This document shows positions 1 through 7,266 of a DNA stretch of 23,668 bases, in pieces. Location of the stretch: contig CAZECW010000149.1 in assembly GCA_964510585.1 (NCBI GenBank), forward strand, positions 1 to 23,668, given 5' to 3'. The notes under the pieces are model-generated. The model was not told the DNA's origin and ran no database searches. It saw only the letters and a program-made list of their open reading frames with translations. A program made the position numbers and the translations under genes. Each line of letters begins with the position of its first letter. The stretch's first letter is position 1. The DNA is from an uncultured archaeon. GTDB taxonomy: Archaea > Asgardarchaeota > Jordiarchaeia > Jordiarchaeales > Jordiarchaeaceae.

Positions 1-140
1 GCCCCCATGAGGGTGCCAACATAGACGCCGTTCCCCTGAGGGAAGGGCGTGTTAACTGGGTGATGGCACACCCATTGCTTCGAAGGCTCCCGATGAGCCA
101 GAAGCAAGAATCTCCCGACTTTAGTCGCGGAGAGTGTCAA
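1..140 (+). mobile_element. Right end of an IS200/IS605-family (TnpB-associated) element; the rest lies outside the window
   Basis: Sequence 106-140 (AAGAATCTCCCGACTTTAGTCGCGGAGAGTGTCAA) has the IS200/IS605 right-end layout: GAAT guide (108-111), an imperfect hairpin TCTCC-CGAC/TTTA/GTCG-C-GGAGA (111-133) and terminal TCAA (137-140). It closely resembles the ISDra2 right end (GAGAATCACGCGACTTTAGTCGTGTGAGGTTCAA, from memory); GAAT/TCAA is the IS608-type guide/cleavage pair. Confidence 0.9.
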
Positions 141-160
141 ATATTTAGTCTACATTTACT
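1..160 (+). ncRNA. Putative TnpB omega-RNA (reRNA): 3' part of the scaffold plus about 20 nt of flank-derived guide
   Basis: Consecutive hairpins: ACGCC(25-29)/GGCGT(46-50) enclosing TTCCC/GGGAA; TGGGTG(57-62)/CACCCA(69-74); TTGCTTC(75-81)/GAAGCAA(101-107) enclosing GGCTC/GAGCC; then the right-end hairpin. By established TnpB biology the guide would be the flank from 141 (ATATTTAGTCTACATTTACT). The 5' boundary is not visible. Confidence 0.7.
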
Positions 161-262
161 CGGATCTTTTACGTATTCGCAAGGGGCCTCCATTCCTTGG
201 CGGAAGACAAGACCCGTAACCTTGCACTTTTTCTCAGAAGGATCGTATTCGGGGCACACCAA
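137..262 (-). CDS. Unannotated 41-aa four-cysteine protein (putative metal-binding microprotein), MVCPEYDPSEKKCKVTGLVFRQGMEAPCEYVKDPSKCRLNI
   Basis: Manual translation. TTG start at 262 with GGAGG 8 nt upstream (271-275); spacing C-x9-C-x14-C-x8-C; internal pseudo-repeat CPEYDPSEKKC / CEYVKDPSKC; TGA stop at 137-139. Too short for the supplied ORF track. Confidence 0.6.
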   Translation of the reverse strand: MVCPEYDPSEKKCKVTGLVFRQGMEAPCEYVKDPSKCRLNI

Positions 263-481
263 ATCGCATTCCTCCTATTAATTATATTAAATTTAAGTGC
301 AAATAAATATTTTCATACAAATTTTTCTTAAACATAAAAATTATATAATATAAAAGTAATTATAAATTATATATATGGGAATTCTTAAATTAAAATCACC
401 AGCCAACAATATGACAATCAAAAAACCTGGAAAAACCGAAAATAACAAGCACAGAGATTTAATTTATGTGTCTAATAAGCG

Positions 482-1045
482 TTGAGGCGAATCATCTTGA
501 GTGACAATAAGGGTGTAGATGAATTCAAAACCATATTGAAATTCGCGGCATCAGAAGAAAAAATAAGCCAGACCTATAATGTTCCTCCAAATATGTTAAT
601 TCCCCTCCTCCTATCCATAAAGTATGGGGGAGACTGGAGCATTAAAGACGAAGAGAATTTTTCGGTTGCAGTTAAGGATCGAGAAACGGTGTATAATAGC
701 GAAACCAAAGAGGGTATAAGTTACGAAACCATTTATCTTTTAGTCAATCCCAGAATCGTTGAAAAAGAGGGCAGAGTCCACAGAATAGAAAAATGTGGAT
801 TAAGCGCTGAACGCAAACTAGTGCAAAGATCCTATAATGTGAAAGCTGTTTTTGATAAGGGACTAATAGCGAAAATCGATCCCGAAAAGAAAATTATCAA
901 AATTGAAAAATTGAATGAAGAGAAAATAGAATTTAAGGGCAGCATGGCTTTCAGCCTGGAACATGAAATTGAACATATAAGTTCAGAAGCAGAAGTTACG
1001 GGAAAACCAATTTGGGATTTCAACTACATTTTTGAAGAAGGGTAG
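482..1045 (+). CDS. Peptide deformylase-fold metalloprotein of unknown substrate
   Basis: LLVNPRIVEKEG...IEKCG...VQR and AFSLEHEIEHI follow the order of deformylase motifs (NPxI, EGCLS, HExDH). The GxGLAAxQ motif is absent. The TTG start is uncertain (no clear RBS). Confidence 0.7.
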   Translation: MRRIILSDNKGVDEFKTILKFAASEEKISQTYNVPPNMLIPLLLSIKYGGDWSIKDEENFSVAVKDRETVYNSETKEGISYETIYLLVNPRIVEKEGRVHRIEKCGLSAERKLVQRSYNVKAVFDKGLIAKIDPEKKIIKIEKLNEEKIEFKGSMAFSLEHEIEHISSEAEVTGKPIWDFNYIFEEG

Positions 1046-1213
1046 GAAATTTTAAGGTGACAAGGTATCCTACACAAACCTTTTAGATGTGGTGTTAGTT
1101 TCCATAAAGTTTTTGGAGCAAAAGTGGAAAATTTTTCCTCTATAGGTCTATGGAAGTAGAAGTTCAGAGGGTGGGAAGCTTTTATGGTGGGCTGTTGATT
1201 GGTTATCTACCAT

Positions 1214-2107
1214 TTAAGTTGAGGGTTCTATGTTTAATCCGTTCTTTGTAATCCAGAAGGGGTGGAAGCCTCGGCTGTGGTCTGTGGCAAACATTTTCAG
1301 TATCTCTAACTCTTTTTTCCTGTGAGTTCCGTCAATTCCGTACCTCATGATTATGACGTTTTGTGCCACGTAGCTTTCTAAAACATACTCCGTTTGATTG
1401 TAATTCTCGGCGATTAGAATGCTGGTGCATCTCCTTGAACGCAGAAAATTGTTTAACAGGTAGATTTCTCTTCTTCTGGTGTAGATATCTTCGAAGCGGG
1501 AGAGGAATATGGATATGGGGTCTATGACTACCCTCTCTGCACCCACCTGCATTATGGCTTCCTCAACGGCCTTCTCGAAGTTCATAGTTAGTGTTTCAAA
1601 GTCTGCCCTTTCACGAATCATAGTGTCTGGAGAAAAGGGGCTCATAATAATTATTTTATTCGTATCCAAGTCCATTCCCAAGGCGGAAGCAAATGTGAGC
1701 AAATCTTCGGGGGAATCCTGGAGAGCTATGAGGGCCCCTGGCTCATTATATTTCTTATAACCGTAGTAAAGAAATTGAAGCCCAAAAACCGTTTTTCCTG
1801 CTCCCGGGGGCCCCATAAGTAGAGTGGTGGTGGCTTTGGGTAGCCCACCCTCGCACAATTCATCAAAACCAGGTATACCACTTTTGACGCGCTCCAGTTT
1901 TCTAGGTTGAGCAGCCGCAGAGACTAAAGGTTTAACGCCCAGCATCACAGTATATTGCCTAATTATACCCAGTTCTTCTAGCCTTTTCATCCTGTTTTTC
2001 ACAGTCATCCGCGAAATTCCAAGCTCATCGGCAATCTTGGAAGCGGGAGTCCTCGAATCCTTCTTAAGAATTTCTAAGAGCTTGGAATCTATATCATCGA
2101 TGGACAT
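1214..2107 (-). CDS. Lrp/AsnC-type winged HTH fused to a single KaiC/RAD55-like P-loop domain
   Basis: Residues 1-57 (IDDIDSKLLEILKKDSRTPASKIADELGISRMTVKNRMKRLEELGII) are a typical Lrp HTH. Then SGIPGFDELCEGGLP, Walker A GPPGAGKT, Walker B VVIDPIS and a C-terminal ELEILKM...H...PFWITKNGL KaiC signature. Confidence 0.9.
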   Translation of the reverse strand: MSIDDIDSKLLEILKKDSRTPASKIADELGISRMTVKNRMKRLEELGIIRQYTVMLGVKPLVSAAAQPRKLERVKSGIPGFDELCEGGLPKATTTLLMGPPGAGKTVFGLQFLYYGYKKYNEPGALIALQDSPEDLLTFASALGMDLDTNKIIIMSPFSPDTMIRERADFETLTMNFEKAVEEAIMQVGAERVVIDPISIFLSRFEDIYTRRREIYLLNNFLRSRRCTSILIAENYNQTEYVLESYVAQNVIIMRYGIDGTHRKKELEILKMFATDHSRGFHPFWITKNGLNIEPST

Positions 2108-2523
2108 ATAATTAACCCCACTTAGTACTCGGGATTTACAATAATTCTCAAATTATAAAACTTTTGGTTACTGTTTTGGGACAACACACACTTTTGCTAG
2201 TTTATGTTTTCTTTTAATCGATGGTGTAAGGGTGCATTCTAAAGCCTTTTTTTCCAGAATTATTAGGAGAGTTGAGTTAAATCATTCTCGTACATCCAGA
2301 TGGAGATAAAGTATCCTTAAAACATGTATTTTTTTGCTAATAGCTTGATTTTTCTTCTATGAGTGTTTTTTATAGCCTTTTTTTGTTTTTTCCAAAAATG
2401 TTTCCTGTAATACCTCTTTTTTAGAGTGAAGGTGTGGGCTTGATTTTGCATAAAAAGGGTTAAGATTGTTGGTTAAAAAAAGAGGGAGAGACGTTTTTAG
2501 GTAGGCGCTGCTTTGCATTTGTG

Positions 2524-2946
2524 TTATTTGGAGAAGATTTTGATTATTTCTTCTACTGCTGAGTCTATTATTACTTCGTACCTGCGGTCTTTGTGTAGGA
2601 GAACGTTTGCGGCGTCTCTTAGTCTGCTGGTTTGTTTAGCTGGGGGCATTATCACTGCTAGTATAAGTTTGCTTGTTGGGAGGTATATTCCTCGGAAAAC
2701 TAGAACTCCGCCATTTGTTTCAATTATTACATTTTCTACGTCTCCCAGTCCAATCTGTTCCTTGACTTTCTCTGCGGTGCTGTGGGAGAGCCCAGCCATT
2801 GCTGCTATGACGTTTTTATCTAGTTCTTTGGTGGCTTCAGCTAGGACTAATCCATCTTCTCCAGCTATTATACTTCCGTGGAATCCGCCTTTTGAGTTCA
2901 GGTTCTCGAGGATTTTGGTTAGGGCAGATAGTCTACTTTCCGTCAA
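2524..2946 (-). CDS. Roadblock/LC7 (MglB-like) domain protein
   Basis: Helix then GSIIAGEDGLVLA, IAAMAGLS helix, VENVIIETNGGVLVF and LILAVI strands: the roadblock pattern. TTG start. Confidence 0.88.
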   Translation of the reverse strand: MTESRLSALTKILENLNSKGGFHGSIIAGEDGLVLAEATKELDKNVIAAMAGLSHSTAEKVKEQIGLGDVENVIIETNGGVLVFRGIYLPTSKLILAVIMPPAKQTSRLRDAANVLLHKDRRYEVIIDSAVEEIIKIFSK

Positions 2947-3152
2947 TTTTGTGCAACGCTCACTTGTATTTCTATGTTATATTAGTAGAGGATGTAATTA
3001 TTAAGTTAACTAGTTTCTCCAGTGGCGTTCCCAAGATTTTGAACCAGTTTATGGAGTTTTAAATATATTTTTCTCAATTTTAATAAGATTTTTTTTGAGT
3101 TATACCTAGTGTTTATATACTATTTTGTTTCTCCACTCCTAAGGGTGATAAC

Positions 3153-3701
3153 TTGAGTTCTGAGGAAAAAATTGTGGGTTTCTTAAAGTTAAGAGGCTAC
3201 GAAGTGAAGGAAATAGAGGAGAAAAAAGAGGGCAACTATAGGATTATTAGGGCGGTTAAGAATGGTGAAGAAAACGTTTTCATAATTAGAAGTTACGATT
3301 CTCAAAAGGTTATTGGGACCGCCCTAGTGCGCAGTTTAAAGGAGGTTATGGATGAGAAGGGGGCTTCCAAAGGATTTTTGGTGGGAGGAAAAAGAAGTAC
3401 ACCCAAGGCTAGAGAAATCGCATTAGAATCCAACATAGAACTAATAGTGGATTACCCCATATTAAACATCTTTGACCATTACCTTGTTCCCAAACACGAA
3501 ATAGCCCAACCAGAAGAATATGAAAGAATTCTTAAAAAATACAACATCAAGAAGGAAGATCTTCCCAAAATAAAAGTTTCTGACCCTGCCATAAAAGCAA
3601 TTGGAGGAAATGTGGGAGACGTAGTCAAAATAACTCGGGACAGCAAAACTGCAGGGAAAACAGTTATCTTCCGCTACGTTATCGAAGACACCGCCCAATA
3701 A
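3153..3701 (+). CDS. rpo5: RNA polymerase subunit Rpo5 (RpoH) with an N-terminal RPB5-jaw/restriction-endonuclease-like domain
   Basis: C-terminal ~80 aa (NIFDHYLVPKHEI...LPKIKVSDPAIKAIGGNVGDVVKITRDSKTAGKTVIFRYVI) is the Rpo5/RPB5 assembly domain. An extra ~100-aa N-terminal alpha/beta domain precedes it. TTG start with GGGTGA RBS. Confidence 0.92.
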   Translation: MSSEEKIVGFLKLRGYEVKEIEEKKEGNYRIIRAVKNGEENVFIIRSYDSQKVIGTALVRSLKEVMDEKGASKGFLVGGKRSTPKAREIALESNIELIVDYPILNIFDHYLVPKHEIAQPEEYERILKKYNIKKEDLPKIKVSDPAIKAIGGNVGDVVKITRDSKTAGKTVIFRYVIEDTAQ

Positions 3702-3779
3702 TTTTGGCGGGCAGTAAAAATATAGACAAAAAGCGTGTGTGTAGGAGAATTAAATCCATCCCAGAGGCACATTTGTCCT

Positions 3780-4454
3780 TTAAAGCCATAGGCGCGCATT
3801 TTTTACTGAGAGTTTTATTTGTTCATTTGCGTTTTTGGTAGCGATGTCTAAATGTCCGCAGAGTAGGTATTGAACATCCAGCTTACTCAGCATGATTAGA
3901 GATTGAGTGAGCTTTTTTGCGTCCCCCGTTGGGAAGTCCACCCTGCCGAAGCTTCCCTGTGTAAACACTGTGTCCCCTGAGAAGAGAACCTTTTGGTCCT
4001 GGTCATATAGGCATATACTGCCAATAGTGTGCCCCGGGGTATTAATCACTCTCAGACTCAAGCTTCCAGCTTTGATTATATCTCCCTCTCTTAGTTTTTG
4101 GTGAACTTTAGTGGGTGTAAATTCCAAACCGAATTCTCTCGCCAGGAGTAGGCCATTTCCACCTTTCTCTATGCTATCTGCTTCCAGGTGGAAAACCAAC
4201 ACTTTGGGGGAGTATTCCCTCACGAAGTTTATGAGTCCACCACTATGGTCAAAATGAACGTGGGTCAAGATAACGCGGGTAATATTTTCAGGTTTCAGTC
4301 CCTCTTGGGAAATCCTCTTAATTAAGCGATCGAAGAAAAATCCGGTGCCACAGTCGATGACTGTCAACTCATCAGACATATTATCTTTTACTAAAAAAAC
4401 GTTGCAGTCAAAGTTTATACCGGGAAAATAGAAAATTTCCTCTGTAACCTTCAA
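3780..4454 (-). CDS. Metallo-beta-lactamase-fold hydrolase (glyoxalase II-like)
   Basis: IDCG, THVHFDHSGG (HxHxDH), TPGHTIGS, LFSGDT and CGH metal-ligand motifs. Confidence 0.92.
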   Translation of the reverse strand: MKVTEEIFYFPGINFDCNVFLVKDNMSDELTVIDCGTGFFFDRLIKRISQEGLKPENITRVILTHVHFDHSGGLINFVREYSPKVLVFHLEADSIEKGGNGLLLAREFGLEFTPTKVHQKLREGDIIKAGSLSLRVINTPGHTIGSICLYDQDQKVLFSGDTVFTQGSFGRVDFPTGDAKKLTQSLIMLSKLDVQYLLCGHLDIATKNANEQIKLSVKNARLWL

Positions 4455-4639
4455 TTCAGGACATCTCCGCCATTAAAAGGATGACAACTTTTTTATTCTT
4501 TACGATGCCCACAAGAGAAAGAAATTTTAGCTCAACCTACTAAATGTGAACACAACATAGACGGACATGTGCAACAGTTTTTCGGAAATAGTTTGGATAT
4601 TTTAATATTTCCTTTTTTCCTATGGAAGCGGAGTTGTAA

Positions 4640-7222
4640 ATGTTGGAAGCGATTCCTAGAAGCTACATATTGATATTTGTTCAGGTTAGAAAAGGCTCCA
4701 GCGTAGAGGTTTTGCTTTTGGGTGGCAACCCTAAATTAAAAAGAATCAAGCCAGAACTCCGCTTATTGGTTGAGTTTCATTATCCTAAGGAAAATCTTTT
4801 GAGACCCAATCGTGTGAGAATCACCTCTAACAGTAGAGAGTTCTTTATTCAGCCCAAAGAGTTTGTATCCCTGCTGCGTAGTGCTAGAAGAATCATTATC
4901 ACTTCGGATTTTCCGGAAGAGTTAAAGACCCAAGTTATAGCTATGTTTAGGGATTTCGGAATTAAGAAGGTAGAGATTTTAGAAGTTTGTAAGTACTGTC
5001 TAGTTGACGGTTTCATAACAGTTCGAAGTAAAGATAACACCTTTTACGCCAATGGAAACGCCATGTGTCGAACCTGTGTGAGGGCAGAGTTGGACAGGGA
5101 GCTGGGGTTTAGGGGCACCCATATTTCTGAAGAAATGAAAAAGCAGCTTTGGAACATTCTGGACCGAAAAAAAGATTTGGAGAGCATCATAACCATCCTT
5201 TCTCCCAAATTTGATCCCTCAAAGAATGCAGATTTGACACTGTTTGACACCATCGAGGCGGGAGAAAAAACTAAAACCATGAATTTAGACGAGCTACCCA
5301 TACCCCTAAAATTGGTGCAGGTTCTACTGGATAGCGGCGTCGTTCAACTTATGCCGGTTCAAATTGCTGCTATAGAGGCGGGACTGTTTGAGGGCGAGAA
5401 TTTGCTGGTGCTAAGCTCTACTACCAGTGGGAAAACTCTTATAGGTGAGCTAGCGGCTCTGCCTAAAATATTTGAAGGTAAAAAAATGCTCTATTTGGCT
5501 CCTCTAGTGGCTCTAGCCAACCAGAAGTATTTGGAATTCAAAAGAAAGTATGAGAAGCTGGGCGTTAAAACCGCCATTCGGGTGGGAATGAGTAAAATAG
5601 ACGTGGGAGAAGAGGAGCTAGTAGTCGTGGACGAAGATGTTGCAAACGCCGACATAGTTTCAGCAACCTACGAAGCCTTGGATTATCTACTGCGTTCACA
5701 ACGTCACCACGAATTGGGAGACGTAAAAACAATAATTGTGGACGAAATTCAAATGTTAGCCGACGAAGAAAGAGGACCGGAGCTCGACGGAATAATTATA
5801 AGGCTCAGAAAACTGTATCCAGAAAGCCAAATGATTTGTCTCTCAGCAACTATTAGTAACCCTGAGGAATTGGCAAAGAGTCTAAATCTAAAATTAGTAG
5901 TATCAAACAATCGCCCAGTACCTCTAGAGAGACACCTTCTACTTGCTGCGAATTCAAATGAGAAAATCAGATTTCTTGAAAAACTAATCAAGGGAGAATA
6001 CAAACAAATAAGTAGGTTTGGTTACAGGGGCCAAACCATAGTTTTCACCTATTCTCGAAGAAGAGCCCACAGACTAGCTCAAATACTGCGAGACAGAGGA
6101 ATCACTGCTGAGGCTTACCATGCAGGCCTAACCTACCCCCAAAGAAAAAGGATAGAAACAGGCTTTTCGGTGGGAATCATAGCCGCTGTTGTGGCAACTG
6201 CGGCATTGGGTGCGGGGGTTGATTTTCCTGCTAGCCAAGTGATTTTCGAATCGCTGACGCAAGGGAAGGAATGGTTAACAGTGGCGGACTTTGAGCAGAT
6301 GGCTGGCAGAGCGGGCAGATATGGAAAGCATGAGAGGGGGAAAGTGGTTGTTATGGTGGAGCCGGGATTAAGGTATAATGCGGCTCAGGAAGAAACAGAA
6401 GATGAGGTGGCTATAAATCTGCTGAGGGGCAGCATAGAGGCGGTTTATCCCAGTTATACGTTGGAGCAGTGTGCAGAGCAACTATTAGCGAGCATATCTG
6501 TGAGTGAAAAAACTACTTTTAGTGATTTGGAGGAGATTTACGAGAAGTTGATTGGCAGAACAGTGGAGCTGGATAGGGTAATCGAATACCTTGAAAAGAA
6601 TGGTATGATTTTCAGGGACGATAAAACTTTGATAGTTACCCCTTTGGGAAGGGCTGCTAGTGTTTCTTTTCTGTCGCCTTCGGAAGCTGTCTTTGTTAAA
6701 GAAAATATTGATAGGGATCCTTTAGAACTTGCCATAAAGTTGGAGCCCTTCGAATCAGTATATCTATCATCAAGGCTACAGGCAGAGTTAAACAGAGCCT
6801 ATGGCACAAATTTTCCAACCAGATTCTTTTCCGGCGCAGTTTTAGATGTTATGGATGCTTCCAGAACTAGGAAATCCAAAAAATTGGAAAAATGGGTTCT
6901 GGACATCTTTGCCAAATGGATCCTAGAATTCTTCAACTGCAACTGCAAGGAGAACCCCTTCTGTGAATGTGGCCAAGTGGCTTTGAGTAAAAAGATTGTA
7001 GAGTTAAGGTACCAGGGACTGAAGTTATCAGGCATATCTCAAACGTTAAATGAAGAATTTGAACTCTACGCATATCCGGGAGATATTTTTCAGTGGCTAA
7101 ATGGGCTAATTCACAATTTGGCAGCAGTGGGCAAAATCGCAGAAACACTAAAAAAAGATACGCTTATCCCAAGAATCCAAGAAATCATAAAAAAGGTAGA
7201 AAAACCACTCTCCAGCAAATAA
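4640..7222 (+). CDS. Archaea-specific superfamily II DEAD/DEAH helicase (MJ1401/DUF5814-type)
   Basis: Q motif LMPVQ, Walker A STTSGKT, DEIQ, SAT, AYHAGL, TAALGAGVDFP, QMAGRAGR; Cys clusters CKYC/CRTC and C-terminal CNCKENPFCECG. Confidence 0.92.
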   Translation: MLEAIPRSYILIFVQVRKGSSVEVLLLGGNPKLKRIKPELRLLVEFHYPKENLLRPNRVRITSNSREFFIQPKEFVSLLRSARRIIITSDFPEELKTQVIAMFRDFGIKKVEILEVCKYCLVDGFITVRSKDNTFYANGNAMCRTCVRAELDRELGFRGTHISEEMKKQLWNILDRKKDLESIITILSPKFDPSKNADLTLFDTIEAGEKTKTMNLDELPIPLKLVQVLLDSGVVQLMPVQIAAIEAGLFEGENLLVLSSTTSGKTLIGELAALPKIFEGKKMLYLAPLVALANQKYLEFKRKYEKLGVKTAIRVGMSKIDVGEEELVVVDEDVANADIVSATYEALDYLLRSQRHHELGDVKTIIVDEIQMLADEERGPELDGIIIRLRKLYPESQMICLSATISNPEELAKSLNLKLVVSNNRPVPLERHLLLAANSNEKIRFLEKLIKGEYKQISRFGYRGQTIVFTYSRRRAHRLAQILRDRGITAEAYHAGLTYPQRKRIETGFSVGIIAAVVATAALGAGVDFPASQVIFESLTQGKEWLTVADFEQMAGRAGRYGKHERGKVVVMVEPGLRYNAAQEETEDEVAINLLRGSIEAVYPSYTLEQCAEQLLASISVSEKTTFSDLEEIYEKLIGRTVELDRVIEYLEKNGMIFRDDKTLIVTPLGRAASVSFLSPSEAVFVKENIDRDPLELAIKLEPFESVYLSSRLQAELNRAYGTNFPTRFFSGAVLDVMDASRTRKSKKLEKWVLDIFAKWILEFFNCNCKENPFCECGQVALSKKIVELRYQGLKLSGISQTLNEEFELYAYPGDIFQWLNGLIHNLAAVGKIAETLKKDTLIPRIQEIIKKVEKPLSSK

Positions 7223-7266
7223 AGGGGCCTAAAAAATCAGGTGAGCGTCCAAAGAGGTGGATTAAA

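Noticed and set aside
1-140. RNase P RNA, SRP RNA or a riboswitch, suggested by the GC-rich hairpins
   Set aside because: No RNase P P4 or SRP helix-8 consensus is visible; the IS200/IS605 right-end signature explains the structure.
60-281. 73-aa plus-strand ORF as an independent gene
   Set aside because: It crosses the IS boundary, has no RBS and is antisense to the better-supported four-Cys ORF. At most it is read-through of a tnpB tail.
2513-3004. 163-aa plus-strand ORF, and the other antisense or nested ORFs in the track (e.g. 1509-1760, 13522-13881, 15033-15359, 18102-18440, 20174-20515, 21716-22189)
   Set aside because: They lie within clearly identified genes, mostly on the opposite strand, and show the S/I/F-rich composition of shadow ORFs.
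5680-5760. DEIQ instead of DEAH/DEIH in helicase motif II
   Set aside because: The catalytic DE is intact and the fourth position varies among SF2 helicases; not evidence of inactivity.
7093-7266. N-terminal extension of the methyltransferase
   Set aside because: It overlaps the helicase 3' end in another frame, is low-complexity and basic, and a good RBS precedes TTG 7267.
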